Shown: positions 41,071-51,790, counted from the first letter of the stretch. The stretch: DNA of 64,000 bases from an uncultured Verrucomicrobiae bacterium (GCA_963702845.1 OY969763.1:2688001-2752000), one strand, 5' to 3'. Made by a program: numbers and translations. The notes: generated by a model from the sequence alone, not told the origin.

Positions 41071-41517
41071 ATGAACCTGACTCTGGAAATACAACCATCT
41101 GCTCCCCTGGCGAAAAATAAAGGCCCAATTCTAATTGTGGATGACAATGTTGAATTCGCTCACATGCTCGAAGAAACTATTTCGGCGTGGGGCCTTCCCA
41201 ACCCGATCCACCACCTCCTCGACGGTGCCATGTTGATCGAATATCTCACCGTGTGTTTTACCATCAGTTCCTGGATGCAACCGCTTCCTTCGTTAATCAT
41301 TTTAGACATCATCATGCCGAACTATACAGGAAGCGATGTAATGGAATGGCTCAAAAAAGCGAAGCTCGGCCACATCCCGGTCATCGCAGTCAGCGGCACC
41401 GACAAGTCGAAGTTGATCATGCGCATGCAAAAGCTCGGCGCGAAGAATTTCATTCCGAAGCCGATGGGCCCTGGTGATTACGATAAAATCAAAGAAGTTC
41501 TCGGCGTCACAGTCTGA
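41071..41517 (+). CDS. Single-domain response regulator
   Basis: ILIVDDN, LDIIMP, GAKNFIPKP. Confidence 0.88.
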   Translation: MNLTLEIQPSAPLAKNKGPILIVDDNVEFAHMLEETISAWGLPNPIHHLLDGAMLIEYLTVCFTISSWMQPLPSLIILDIIMPNYTGSDVMEWLKKAKLGHIPVIAVSGTDKSKLIMRMQKLGAKNFIPKPMGPGDYDKIKEVLGVTV

Positions 41518-41669
41518 CGCAATGCTGTCTGCAACGGTCCAACGGGCGCAGACGAGCCCGCACTAAACATTTTTCCTCGCACAAAAGCAGGCCTTCGCCT
41601 AATTGCGCGCAGCCCCTGTTCTGCTTTATTCCTTAGGGCGGGTTAGAGAACGGAATTTTGGAGGAGAAT

Positions 41670-42224
41670 ATGGCCAAAGCGGTTTTTTGTATCGGCACAA
41701 GCGAGTTTCAAGCGGAAGCAATTGTTAATGATCTTAAGGCGGCGGGGTTTGCCGATAACGATATTTCGGTATTGTTCCCCGACAAAACCGGAACCAAAGA
41801 CTTCGGCCACGAACAACACACTAAAGCTCCTGAGGGCGCAGTCACTGGCGCGAGCACTTTGGGTGTGGTTGGCGGCGCGCTCGGTTGGTTGGCAGGTATC
41901 GGCGCGCTGGCAATTCCCGGTGTTGGCCCATTTATCGCAGCAGGCCCGATCATGGGCGCGTTAGGTGGAGCGGCTGTTGGTGCGGCCGTTGGCGGAATTG
42001 GTGGCGCGCTTGTCGGCATGGGGATACCTGAATACGAAGCCAAGCGTTACGAGGGAAAAATCCGCGCCGGCAATATTTTGATTTCCGTCCACACCGACAA
42101 CCCCCAGCAATCAAAGCGCGCCAAAGACATCTTCACCCAAGCCGGTGCGCAGGACATCTCTGTTACAAGCGAAGCGGGTGTTCCAGAGGCTAAACGTGCG
42201 GAAGCAACCCAGGAAGATTGGTAA
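41670..42224 (+). CDS. General stress-type membrane protein (Gly-zipper; YflT/DUF3341-like)
   Basis: RBS GGAGGAG; LKAAGF..DISVL; IPGVGPFIAAGP; GMGIPEYEAKRYE. Confidence 0.8.
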   Translation: MAKAVFCIGTSEFQAEAIVNDLKAAGFADNDISVLFPDKTGTKDFGHEQHTKAPEGAVTGASTLGVVGGALGWLAGIGALAIPGVGPFIAAGPIMGALGGAAVGAAVGGIGGALVGMGIPEYEAKRYEGKIRAGNILISVHTDNPQQSKRAKDIFTQAGAQDISVTSEAGVPEAKRAEATQEDW

Positions 42225-42373
42225 CGACTCGTGTTCTGAGCGAATTCTTAGCACTGATTAAACTTCGTGTTGCCAGTGTTCTTGGCGTCGACACAGCATT
42301 CGTACATAAAAAGGCCCGAACCAAAACAGCCAGGCTGTTCCGGATTCGAGCTTTGTTACTCAACTTCTATTCG

Positions 42374-42532
42374 TTACACGCGGCGTCGCGAAATAAGCGA
42401 CACGACGAACAAGATCAAGAACACCACAAACAGGATTTGTGCAATCCACGCTGCTGTGCCCGCCAGGCCGGTAAACCCGAACACAGCCGCAAGAATTGCA
42501 ATGATTAGAAACAATACCGCATAGTTTAACAT
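42374..42532 (-). CDS. DUF1328 (YtjA/UPF0391) small membrane protein, 52 aa; absent from the ORF track
   Basis: [60 protein letters not shown]. Confidence 0.92.
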   Translation of the reverse strand: MLNYAVLFLIIAILAAVFGFTGLAGTAAWIAQILFVVFLILFVVSLISRRRV

Positions 42533-42541
42533 AGTTACCTC

Positions 42542-42748
42542 CTAGACTGATTTAGGACCTTTTAGCAACGCGACAACTCCGATGACGCATGCGGCCACGC
42601 CACCGATGAGAAACCAGACGGTCTCATTCGTTGGACGGCCATTAAAGAACCGCGAAACATCTGAGTTGAACGAATCGGAAGCATTGATGCCAAAGACGAT
42701 CAGCATAATTCCAATTGCCAGAAGCACGATGCCGATTGTTTTGTTCAT
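42542..42748 (-). CDS. DUF3185 small membrane protein
   Basis: GINASDSFNSDVSRFFNGRPTNETVW; GGAGG RBS. Confidence 0.85.
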   Translation of the reverse strand: MNKTIGIVLLAIGIMLIVFGINASDSFNSDVSRFFNGRPTNETVWFLIGGVAACVIGVVALLKGPKSV

Positions 42749-43033
42749 TCAAGCCTCCTTTCTTCTGCTCTAATATATCACGGTCACAGGCCTCCGCTTG
42801 CCACCGCTACCATCAAGAATTCATCAGGGGTAAGCTCAATTGTCGACAATGCATTCCCGCTGTCCGCGTCATTCGAAGATTTGGCCGCAACAGAGCCGCG
42901 CGCGTGAGCAAGCGGTTTACCACTTTGGCGCCGTCGGATCAACCCGCTTGCGCACACGCGCGGCTCGGTTAACCATCGCACCTCATCTCGACCTACGCTT
43001 GAATTCCAGTCATTCCTTGGCCATGGTTACCCA

Positions 43034-44608
43034 ATGGATGCCTTGGAACAATTGGACGAGCTTCTAACATGCCGGCTCGACTTGCGTCGTAAATCGGTCG
43101 AACCCTGCACGATTGTCATCTTCGGCGCGAGTGGCGACCTGACCGCGCGCAAGCTCATCCCAGCGCTCTACCACCTCTTCTGCCATAAACAGCTTCCCAC
43201 TCCCTTTCGCATCATTGGCTTCGCGCGCCGACCTAAACCCGACGACGACTGGCGCAACGAACTCGCCGGTGATTTGGCAAAATTCTCGCGCAACAAAGAT
43301 CTGGACTGCTCGAAATGGGCTGACTTCGCCAAGAACGTTTTCTATTGCCAGGGAGAATTTGGCGACGCGAGCGCTTTTGAAAACCTTAAGAAACAACTCG
43401 CCTCGGCAGACAACGAAGCTCTGCAAAAAAATCTCATTTTCTACCTGGCGACCGCTCCTGCCGAATTCGCCGGCATCGTCGAACATTTGCACAGCAGTGG
43501 CCTCTTGCAGAAGGACCAGGAACACGCGAAAAACTGGCAACGCATCGTTGTCGAAAAACCCTTCGGCCACGATCTCGCATCGGCCAAACAACTGAACAGC
43601 GAGCTAACGCGCTACGCGCATGAAAAACAGATTTACCGCATCGACCACTATCTCGGCAAAGAAACCGTCCAGAACATTTTGATGTTCCGGTTTTCGAATT
43701 CCATTTTCGAACCGCTGTGGGGCCGGCAGTCGGTTGATCAGGTGCAGATTACCGTCAGCGAAGATTTAGGCGTTGGTGCCCGCGGCGGCTATTACGACGA
43801 GGCCGGCGCATTGCGCGACATGGTGCAGAATCACCTGCTCCAGGTCCTCGCGCTCGTAACCATGGAGCCCCCAGTCAGTCTTGAAGCCGAAGCGATCCGC
43901 GACGAAAAAGTCAAACTTCTCAAATCGATTCGTCTGGTCGATTCAAGCCAGGTCCCCTTTTCCGCCGTGCGCGGGCAATACACTGCCGGCCAAATCAACG
44001 GCCAACAAGTCCCCGGCTATCGACAGGAACCGAAGGTGAAACCGGATTCCAACACCGAAACGTTTGTCGCGTTGCGCGTCCTGATCGATAACTGGCGTTG
44101 GTCCGGCGTTCCCTTTTATCTCCGCACTGGCAAACATCTGCCGATGAGCGCCAGCGAAGTGCGCGTGCAATTTCGCCCGACGCCGCACGTCCTGTTCGCT
44201 GCACAATGTGGACCGCTTCTGGATGCGAACGCCATCACGCTGCGCCTGCAACCGAACGAAGGAATTTTCCTGCGCTTCAACGGCAAGGTCCCCGGCACCA
44301 GCATGGAGATTCGGCCAGTGCGAATGCACTTCGATTACAACGCCGCATTTGGCGCCTACACACCGGAAGCTTATGAACGCCTCTTGCTTGAAGCGATCTC
44401 CGGCGATTCCACCTTGTTCATTCGACGCGACGAAGTTGAAACCGCCTGGAGCATCGTCGACCCGATTCGCGAAGCGTGGGCCGGCAAACCGTTGACCGAC
44501 GAGGAATTTTATCCCGCTGGGACCTGGGGTCCGGCTGCGGCCGACGAGCTGCTCGCCAAGCGCGCCCACAAATGGCGCCCGCCGCATCCCATCGGCAAAC
44601 CGGAATAG
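43034..44608 (+). CDS. zwf: Glucose-6-phosphate 1-dehydrogenase
   Basis: FGASGDLT, EKPFG, RIDHYLGKE, RDMVQNH, YERL. Confidence 0.97.
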   Translation: MDALEQLDELLTCRLDLRRKSVEPCTIVIFGASGDLTARKLIPALYHLFCHKQLPTPFRIIGFARRPKPDDDWRNELAGDLAKFSRNKDLDCSKWADFAKNVFYCQGEFGDASAFENLKKQLASADNEALQKNLIFYLATAPAEFAGIVEHLHSSGLLQKDQEHAKNWQRIVVEKPFGHDLASAKQLNSELTRYAHEKQIYRIDHYLGKETVQNILMFRFSNSIFEPLWGRQSVDQVQITVSEDLGVGARGGYYDEAGALRDMVQNHLLQVLALVTMEPPVSLEAEAIRDEKVKLLKSIRLVDSSQVPFSAVRGQYTAGQINGQQVPGYRQEPKVKPDSNTETFVALRVLIDNWRWSGVPFYLRTGKHLPMSASEVRVQFRPTPHVLFAAQCGPLLDANAITLRLQPNEGIFLRFNGKVPGTSMEIRPVRMHFDYNAAFGAYTPEAYERLLLEAISGDSTLFIRRDEVETAWSIVDPIREAWAGKPLTDEEFYPAGTWGPAAADELLAKRAHKWRPPHPIGKPE

Positions 44609-44630
44609 CCGCCGGGAATTCGGAGAAGTT

Positions 44631-45344
44631 TTGAAAACACGCACCACGAAAATTTACGCCACCGACGCCGAAGTCGCCAACGCTGCGGCTTCGGAATGGG
44701 TCAACCTTCTGCTCGCAAACAAATCAATGACGGTCGCGCTATCGGGTGGCCGTATCGCAAAAACATTTTACGAACGCGTCGTCGCGCAAACGAAATTCCG
44801 GGAAGTCGAATTTGCCAATGTCGATTTCTTTTGGGCCGACGAACGTTGCGTCGCTCCAACCGATCCTGAAAGCAACTTCTACCTCGCCAACGAACATTTA
44901 TTGCAGCCGTTGAAAATCGGGCAACAAAAAGTCCACCGATTAAAAGGCGAGCTCGACCAGATCGTTGCCGTCAACCAGGCAAACGACGAAGTCTCGCGAA
45001 TCGCGGCCGTGAACACCAATGGAATGCCAGTGCTCGACCTTGTCATTCTCGGCATGGGCGAAGACGGTCACGTCGCATCCCTTTTTCCGGACACGCCGGA
45101 CTCAATCACCAGCACGACCGCTGCTTACCTGCACGTTAATAATTCGCCCAAACCGCCACCCAATCGTCTCAGCCTCAGCTACGCTGCCATCGCCGCGGCA
45201 AAACGCGTTTGGGTCCTGGCATCCGGAGCTGGCAAAAAACAGGCGCTGCAAGAATCCGTCTCCCCCTCGGGCACGACGCCCCTCGCGCGCGTATTAAAAT
45301 CCAGCCCCGCCGCCCAAATCTTCACCGACATCAACCTCGCGTAA
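44631..45344 (+). CDS. pgl: 6-phosphogluconolactonase
   Basis: ALSGG, DERCV...ESN, LGMGEDGHVASLFP, PKPPP.R. Confidence 0.93.
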   Translation: MKTRTTKIYATDAEVANAAASEWVNLLLANKSMTVALSGGRIAKTFYERVVAQTKFREVEFANVDFFWADERCVAPTDPESNFYLANEHLLQPLKIGQQKVHRLKGELDQIVAVNQANDEVSRIAAVNTNGMPVLDLVILGMGEDGHVASLFPDTPDSITSTTAAYLHVNNSPKPPPNRLSLSYAAIAAAKRVWVLASGAGKKQALQESVSPSGTTPLARVLKSSPAAQIFTDINLA

Positions 45345-45491
45345 CCGTTGTTTTTTCCGGAGTGCGGACGATTGCCACGATTCCGCAGCAACGTTAACAG
45401 CTAAAAGCCATTCGACCTATCCATAGAGGTCGCCCCCCGCTTCGTCTTAGCTTGAACAGCCCCAACTCGGCCTTATATGTTGGGCGCACCA

Positions 45492-46277
45492 ATGAAAGTT
45501 GTGATTCTATGCGGCGGCAAAGGTACCCGCCTGCGCGAGGAAACCGAATATCGCCCCAAACCCATGGTGCCAATCGGCAACCGGCCAATCCTCTGGCACA
45601 TCATGAAAATTTACGCGAGTCACGGCTTTAAAGATTTCGTCCTGTGCCTCGGCTACAAAGGCGAAGTCATCAAAGATTTCTTCCGCAACTATCTTTGGAT
45701 GACGAGTGATGTGACGATGAAGCTGGGCCGTCGCGCCGATGCAAAGTTTCACACGCACCACGATGAAGAGGATTGGACTGTGACTCTCGCCGACACTGGC
45801 GAAGAAACGATGACGGCGGGCCGCATTCACAAAATCCGCCAATACCTCGGTGATGACAAAGAATTCTGCCTCACCTACGGCGACGGCGTCGGCAATGTAG
45901 ATATCGCGAAGTCCATCGAATTCCACCGCAAACACGGCAAGACACTGACGGTAACAGCCGTCCACCCTCCCGGTCGCTTCGGCGAGATGGGCGTGAACGC
46001 CTCAGGCCAGGTCGACCAGTTCAACGAAAAGCCACAGGTCACCGAAGGCCGCATCAACGGCGGTTTCTTCGTCGCCAATACCGAGATCTTCAACTACCTC
46101 CAAAACAGTGAAAATGTAATGTTCGAACAGCAGCCGATTCGCCAACTCACGAGCAAGGGCCAAGTCATGGCCTTCAACCACGACGGCTTCTGGCAACCGA
46201 TGGACACCTTCTCCGAATACAATTTGCTCAACAAACTCTGGGCGGACGGCAAGGCGCCGTGGAAGAATTGGAAGTAG
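45492..46277 (+). CDS. rfbF: Glucose-1-phosphate cytidylyltransferase
   Basis: ILCGGKGTRLREET..PKPMV, TYGDG, FWQPMDT. Confidence 0.95.
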   Translation: MKVVILCGGKGTRLREETEYRPKPMVPIGNRPILWHIMKIYASHGFKDFVLCLGYKGEVIKDFFRNYLWMTSDVTMKLGRRADAKFHTHHDEEDWTVTLADTGEETMTAGRIHKIRQYLGDDKEFCLTYGDGVGNVDIAKSIEFHRKHGKTLTVTAVHPPGRFGEMGVNASGQVDQFNEKPQVTEGRINGGFFVANTEIFNYLQNSENVMFEQQPIRQLTSKGQVMAFNHDGFWQPMDTFSEYNLLNKLWADGKAPWKNWK

Positions 46278-46317
46278 CCCGTCAAAACGTGAAGGCGAAC
46301 ACACGCATTTCTTCCAC

Positions 46318-46405
46318 CGCGTAGCGGTTCTTGAAGGTAGCCGTGGGATTCATCCCACGGACAGCGACGGATGAACGCTGAATTCGTCGCGTAGCGACGA
46401 TTGAA
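46318..46405. repeat. REP-like palindrome cluster
   Basis: GTAG-CCGTGGGAT-TC-ATCCCACGG (46337-46360) flanked by two CGCGTAGCG...TTGAA units. Confidence 0.65.
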
Positions 46406-46511
46406 CCGGCGTATATCGTGGCCGATATGTCTGCGACATCGGATTCCATTCACCGAACCCGCAACTTGCTTCTCGACACATATTCACCGCATACTCCTCA
46501 CTCCAAATTTG

Positions 46512-47555
46512 ATGAAAATCCTAATCACAGGCAACATGGGCTACATCGGCCCGAACGTCGTCGCTCACTTCCGCAAATCCCATCCTGATGCGACGTTGAT
46601 CGGATACGACAGCGCCTTCTTCGCCGACGCACTCACCACTCCCCTGCGCTTTCCCGAAAGCCAAATCGACCAACAATATTTCGGCGACGTCCGCAACCTC
46701 CCTGCCGAGATTCTCAAGGGCGTCGACGCCGTAATCCATCTCGCCGCCATTTCAAACGACCCGATGGGCAAGGCCTATGAAGACGTCACGATGCAGGTCA
46801 ACCACGAGGCCAGCGTCGCCATAGCGAAGAAAGCCAAGCAAGCCGGCGCAAAGGCATTTGTGTTTGCGTCGAGTTGCAGTGTGTACGGTTTCGCCGACGA
46901 TCGCGCGCGCATCGAATCATCCGAGCTGAATCCCCTCACCGCCTACGCCCGCTCGAAAGTTGCCACCGAAAAAGATTTGCAGCCCCTGGCCGACAATGAT
47001 TTCGTCGTCTCCTGCCTGCGCTTTTCAACCGCCTGCGGCATGAGCCCGCGGTTGCGCTTGGACCTTGTACTGAACGATTTCGTTGCCAGCGCGATTGCCG
47101 CAAAAAAGATCACGATCCTCAGCGACGGCACCCCCTGGCGTCCGCTCATCAACACCAAAGATATGGCCCGCTCCATGGAATGGGCCGCGACCCGCCCCGC
47201 CGACAACGGTGGAGCGTATTTAGTCGTCAACGTCGGCAGCGACGAGTGGAATTACCAGGTCAAGGAACTCGCGATTGCTGTCCAAAAGCAAATGCCCGGC
47301 GTGGACGTCTCAATCAACAAAGACGCCGCCCCCGACAAGCGCTCGTATCGCGTCGACTTCGCGCTTTATCGCAAACTCGCCCCGAAGCATCAACCGGCTT
47401 ACGACTTAAACGCGACCGTCCGCGAACTGAAGGAAGGCCTTGAAGCCATCGCATTTCAAGATGCGAACTTCCGCGAATCACGCCTGATCCGCCTGCGCAT
47501 GCTAAACAACCTCAAGCAAGCCGGCTACCTGAACGAGCAGCTATTCTGGAAATAG
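46512..47555 (+). CDS. NAD-dependent epimerase/dehydratase (extended SDR)
   Basis: ITGNMGYIG, HLAAISND, ASSCSVYG, YARSK. Confidence 0.92.
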   Translation: MKILITGNMGYIGPNVVAHFRKSHPDATLIGYDSAFFADALTTPLRFPESQIDQQYFGDVRNLPAEILKGVDAVIHLAAISNDPMGKAYEDVTMQVNHEASVAIAKKAKQAGAKAFVFASSCSVYGFADDRARIESSELNPLTAYARSKVATEKDLQPLADNDFVVSCLRFSTACGMSPRLRLDLVLNDFVASAIAAKKITILSDGTPWRPLINTKDMARSMEWAATRPADNGGAYLVVNVGSDEWNYQVKELAIAVQKQMPGVDVSINKDAAPDKRSYRVDFALYRKLAPKHQPAYDLNATVRELKEGLEAIAFQDANFRESRLIRLRMLNNLKQAGYLNEQLFWK

Positions 47556-47605
47556 CCCCGTAGCGCCACGTGGGGGGGGGCGGACACACCGCCACGCTTT
47601 ATGAT

Positions 47606-47682
47606 TTGACACGTAGCAACTTCACGACGTAGCATCCTACCCCTGTGGAGCGCCGGATTCCATCCGGCCCTCCTTGTTCTTT
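47606..47682 (+). promoter_or_regulatory. Sigma70-like promoter followed at once by a terminator-like hairpin
   Basis: TTGACA-18nt-TAGCAT; GGAG-C-GCCGGAT-TCC-ATCCGGC-C-CTCC-TTGTTCTTT. Confidence 0.45.
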
Positions 47683-47755
47683 GAAAACCTGCACCAATGC
47701 CCGTTCAGCACGCGAGCAATGAAACCACAAGGTTGCAAACCAACAACTTACAAAA

Positions 47756-47914
47756 GTTACTACTCGTTGCCAGTTGGTAGCTAAATCGACTACCGAATGT
47801 TACTACGAGTTGTAACAAGTAGCTGTTAGTAGCAACTAGTAGCAACATTCCGCGAAGTTTTTGAAAGGCAAAACCGCCTTCCAAATCTGTGTTTATCCGT
47901 GTCCATCCGTGGTT
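47756..47914. repeat. 10-11-bp periodic degenerate arrays
   Basis: gttactactc...gttactacga gttgtaacaa gtagctgtta gtagcaacta gtagcaacat; atctgtgttt atccgtgtcc atccgtggtt. Confidence 0.6.
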
Positions 47915-47966
47915 AACCCCAAAGATTGCCTTTGAACTTCAAGGCTTTGCCTGTTAATTGAGGCGT

Positions 47967-48656
47967 ATGAAACATGCAGGCAAAGCGCGGCGTGCCGCGT
48001 TTAAGCTGATTTTATTGGCCCTGGTTATACCGTTGGTCATCGGCATTTTGTGGATGATGGCGGTCATCTCGGCCGTCGTCCTTCCGGTGGTATTTACAAT
48101 TGCCATCGTCGTATGGGTGGCCTTTACGATTTTCACCCTCTACTTTTTTCGCGACCCACAAGCACGCACACCAACCACCGTCGGCTGCGTGGTTTCACCC
48201 GGTCACGGCAAGGTCGATGTCATCGACGAAATGGATGAACCGGTCTTCATGAAAGGCCGTTGCCACCGCATTTCCATTTTTCTCTCCGTCATCAATATTC
48301 ACGTTCAGAACGCGCCCATCAGCGGCAAGGTCGCTTTTGTGAAAGAGACTGAAGGCCAGTTTCTCAGCGCTCTCAAAGCAGCCGAGTGCTGTCAGCACAA
48401 CGAAAATGTCTACATCGGTTTCGATTCCACCGAGAACGCGGGCGAGAAATTGGGGCTTAAACTAATGGCAGGGTTAATCGCACGGCGTATTGTTCCCTTT
48501 GTTGAAGTAGGCGACGAAGTTGCCCGGGGCGACCGCATCAGCTTGATTCAATTTGGCTCGCGCTGTGATGTTTACATCCCGCTGCGTTTCGACATTAAGG
48601 TGAAACTCGGAGACAAAGTAGTCGGTGGTGAGACGGTCCTTGCGTCAAAATCCTGA
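47967..48656 (+). CDS. psd: Phosphatidylserine decarboxylase proenzyme (short type)
   Basis: FFRDP, ISIFLS..NIHV, AGLIARRI, FGSR; adjacent to pssA. Confidence 0.93.
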   Translation: MKHAGKARRAAFKLILLALVIPLVIGILWMMAVISAVVLPVVFTIAIVVWVAFTIFTLYFFRDPQARTPTTVGCVVSPGHGKVDVIDEMDEPVFMKGRCHRISIFLSVINIHVQNAPISGKVAFVKETEGQFLSALKAAECCQHNENVYIGFDSTENAGEKLGLKLMAGLIARRIVPFVEVGDEVARGDRISLIQFGSRCDVYIPLRFDIKVKLGDKVVGGETVLASKS

Positions 48657-48660
48657 AAAC

Positions 48661-49527
48661 ATGGAAACCCCAACAAAACTTGAGGCCGAACCCGCACCAG
48701 CTCCACGGCTGAAGATTTATTTCCTGCCGAACCTGATGACGGCGGGCAATCTATTCTGCGGTTTCGTCGCACTGACGAAAATCGTTGAAGCAGAGCCTGG
48801 TGATTATGGTCCGATCAAGTTGGCCCTGTTGTTCATTTTTCTGGCGATGGTTTTTGATATGCTGGATGGGCGACTTGCGCGAATGGGCGGTGTAGAGAGC
48901 CCATTTGGACGCGAATTCGATTCACTGGCCGATTTGATTTCTTTTGGTGCCGCGCCGGCGTTTTTGGTCCATCGCATCGTCTTGCATCCTATTTTTAGCG
49001 ACCCCCATATCCATCAACCCGAAATCGGTTGGTTCATTGCCTCTGTTTATCTGATCTGCGGAGCGCTTCGACTGGCGCGATTCAACTGCCTTGCAACGAT
49101 GCCCGGCGCAAGCGGTGGCAAGGAGTTCATGGGATTTCCAATCCCGGCCGCGGCAGGAATGGTATCATCGGTAACATTATTTCTCATTTGGAACCAGCAA
49201 CGCGAAACCGATTTCCTGACCAGTTGGGGAAGATTCGTGCTCCCGGTACTGATGCTGTTTTTATCGATCATGATGGTGAGCGAGGTGAAGTATCCCTCAT
49301 TCAAGAAGCTCGACCTCAAAGCACGCCGTCCGTTTTCAAGAATGGTGATCGCTATTCTGTTCATCGGTTGCCTGGTGATTTTACGTCAGTACATTTTGCC
49401 AGTCATCCTGCCCATCATTTTCACCGCTTATCTCCTCTACGGTTTTATTCGTCCGCGCATTTCGCGCAAGGTGCGCGAAGAGATCGAAGACGAAACCGAA
49501 GACGACGAACCGTCGTACACGGCGTAA
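48661..49527 (+). CDS. pssA: CDP-diacylglycerol--serine O-phosphatidyltransferase
   Basis: LPNLMT, DMLDGRLAR...FGREFDSLAD, RLARFN, F.GFPIP. Confidence 0.93.
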   Translation: METPTKLEAEPAPAPRLKIYFLPNLMTAGNLFCGFVALTKIVEAEPGDYGPIKLALLFIFLAMVFDMLDGRLARMGGVESPFGREFDSLADLISFGAAPAFLVHRIVLHPIFSDPHIHQPEIGWFIASVYLICGALRLARFNCLATMPGASGGKEFMGFPIPAAAGMVSSVTLFLIWNQQRETDFLTSWGRFVLPVLMLFLSIMMVSEVKYPSFKKLDLKARRPFSRMVIAILFIGCLVILRQYILPVILPIIFTAYLLYGFIRPRISRKVREEIEDETEDDEPSYTA

Positions 49528-49528
49528 C

Positions 49529-50197
49529 ATGGACGCACTTCAATCTGATTTAGGCGCGGCATTGACCGGCTTGATCTCGGGAATCCTGCTTTCCGTTCCG
49601 GTTGGTCCCGTCAATCTCACAATATTGAACGAAGGCGCACGCCGCGGCCTCGTCATCGCCTTGCTGATCAGCGCCGGGGCAGTGCTGATGGAAATGATTT
49701 ATTGCGCGATTGCCTTTACCGGCTTTGCGGCGCTGTTCACCGGACGGGTAATGAAAGCTTCCATGGAACTGGCGAGCTTCGTTTTCATGCTCTATCTCGG
49801 CTTACGATTCCTGACCGCTCGGACGGTCCAGAGCGTCAGCAAAGTAGAAGAACGCATCGAACGAAAGCTCCATCCCCATTCAGCGTTCATGATTGGCTTC
49901 GTGCGCACGATGGGAAATCCCGGCGTGCTCCTGTTCTGGATCGTGCTGGCGGCGCATTTCCTTTCGCGCGATTGGGTTCAACCGACCTGGTCATCGAAAT
50001 TGTCCTGTGTCGCAGGTGTCGGCATGGGCACGAGCGCGTGGTTTTTGGTCCTTTGTTGGGCAATTTCCCTCGGGCACGGAAAGTTCAGTGACAAAACGCT
50101 GCTGCGCATGGAGCATTTTTCAGGCATCGGTTTACTCCTGCTCGCAGGTGGCCAAGGCGTCCACATTGTGTTCCAGCTCGTGCACCACACGCTCTAA
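49529..50197 (+). CDS. LysE family transporter
   Basis: [14 protein letters not shown]; 6 TMs. Confidence 0.85.
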   Translation: MDALQSDLGAALTGLISGILLSVPVGPVNLTILNEGARRGLVIALLISAGAVLMEMIYCAIAFTGFAALFTGRVMKASMELASFVFMLYLGLRFLTARTVQSVSKVEERIERKLHPHSAFMIGFVRTMGNPGVLLFWIVLAAHFLSRDWVQPTWSSKLSCVAGVGMGTSAWFLVLCWAISLGHGKFSDKTLLRMEHFSGIGLLLLAGGQGVHIVFQLVHHTL

Positions 50198-51384
50198 AAC
50201 TTCAGATAAATGCACTTGAGGTAATCGCCTTCTGGAAACGTCACCGGGTGATCTGCCGCATGGAGAGTCGTCCTCAGCTCCTGAAACTTTCGTGCTGAAC
50301 TTCGTGCTGCAATCCGTGCGATTTCGAAAAAGTCATCAGCGCGAACGTGTGCGGAACATGAGGCGGCAACGAGAACTCCATTCTTGTTAACGCGATCAAT
50401 AGCACTACCGATGAGTTTGCTGTAAGCGCGCATCGCTTCAGCGCGTTCTGCTTCACGCTTCGCCAGTGATGGCGGGTCGAGAACGATCAAATCGAAGTTG
50501 CGAGTCGATTGCTTTATCCAATCGAATGCGTCCGCTCGAATCGATTCACGTGGGCAGTTGAGCGAAGGATTAAGAGCGAAGTTTCGTTCAGCGCTGTCGA
50601 GCGCGTGCTGGCTGATGTCGAGACTCGCGACTGACTTCGCACCGCCGCGAGCGGCATAGACCGAAAAGCCACCGGAAAAACTGAATGCGTTCAGCACCGT
50701 TTTCGCGCGCGCAAGCGATTCAACTTCCTTGCGGTTTTCACGTTGATCCAAAAAGAAACCCGTCTTTTGTCCCCGCACGATATCAGCCTCAAAACGAATC
50801 CCGTTCTCTAGAAACACAATTGGCTTATTGTCCGATTCGCCTCGCATGATTTGACCGTCGGTTATGTCGAATTTGTCTTTGGCGATGTGCTGAATGTTTC
50901 TGCTGAGGCGAAGAACTAAACGCGGGGCGAACTGAAGAAACCCGATTACCTCTTGTAGGCGGGGCAACCAGGCTGCCGTGTAAATTTTCAAAACATACGT
51001 GTCGGCATAACGATCCAAAACCAAACCCGGCCAACCATCGCTTTCGCCATTGATACAGCGAAAGCCGTTGGTGCTTTCGTCGAACAACCCTGTGCGTTTG
51101 GCCAATGTCTCGTCGAGTTTCAGCTTGAACCAATTCGCATCAATCCTGGTTGGTTTGCCCACATGCAGGACGCGAACGCGAATCGGAGAAAGTGGATCGT
51201 ATAAACCCACTGCCAAAAACTTGTCGTTCCGATCAAAGATCGCGGCTAACTCCCCTGCTTCGCCTTCGCGATTTTGTTCGCGGACGCTGTCAGCGAACAG
51301 CCAAGGATGACCGCCGCGTACAAATGTCTCCGCAGCGGCGGTGATTCGTAAACGTAGATTTGGTTTGGCGGCGGTCGCGATCAC
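50194..51384 (-). CDS. RlmI-like class I SAM-dependent rRNA methyltransferase
   Basis: GHPW (PUA), [27 protein letters not shown]. Confidence 0.88.
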   Translation of the reverse strand: MIATAAKPNLRLRITAAAETFVRGGHPWLFADSVREQNREGEAGELAAIFDRNDKFLAVGLYDPLSPIRVRVLHVGKPTRIDANWFKLKLDETLAKRTGLFDESTNGFRCINGESDGWPGLVLDRYADTYVLKIYTAAWLPRLQEVIGFLQFAPRLVLRLSRNIQHIAKDKFDITDGQIMRGESDNKPIVFLENGIRFEADIVRGQKTGFFLDQRENRKEVESLARAKTVLNAFSFSGGFSVYAARGGAKSVASLDISQHALDSAERNFALNPSLNCPRESIRADAFDWIKQSTRNFDLIVLDPPSLAKREAERAEAMRAYSKLIGSAIDRVNKNGVLVAASCSAHVRADDFFEIARIAARSSARKFQELRTTLHAADHPVTFPEGDYLKCIYLKF

Positions 51385-51424
51385 TAAGATTGTTTAGCAC
51401 CGCGACAGACTTTAGCAATGAAGA

Positions 51425-51700
51425 CTAACGCGCTTCTTCAAATTCACGTTTATCTTTCATCGGTTGGCCGACCGACGCCCCGGCGCGGGTCAGCTCATCA
51501 ACGTTGTCCTGGGTTAGTCCCGGAACCTTCTCGAGCATTTCTTCAATTGTTCGATAGGGACGATTTTGGATGATAGTGCGAGCGAATTGATTGCCGATAC
51601 CTGGAATCTGCGCAATATCCTGTTCGGCTGCATAGTTTAGATCGAAAAAACCAAGATCAATGTCGGCTGAGCGAATGTTGGTGTCTTTCTTCTCTTTCAT
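51425..51700 (-). CDS. Helix-hairpin-helix (ComEA-like) small protein
   Basis: DLN.A....IPGIG..AR.II.NRPY; GGAGG RBS. Confidence 0.8.
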   Translation of the reverse strand: MKEKKDTNIRSADIDLGFFDLNYAAEQDIAQIPGIGNQFARTIIQNRPYRTIEEMLEKVPGLTQDNVDELTRAGASVGQPMKDKREFEEAR

Positions 51701-51790
51701 AATCCCTCCTTAACGCAATCTATTCGCCCTGTGTGAAAAACGCCAATTGTTGGATTGCCGTCGCGGCGTGGTTTTTGACATAGTGCAATC

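Noticed and set aside
47572..47580. Poly-G tract as a phase-variation switch
   Set aside because: Intergenic, downstream of a stop codon and outside the candidate promoter spacer
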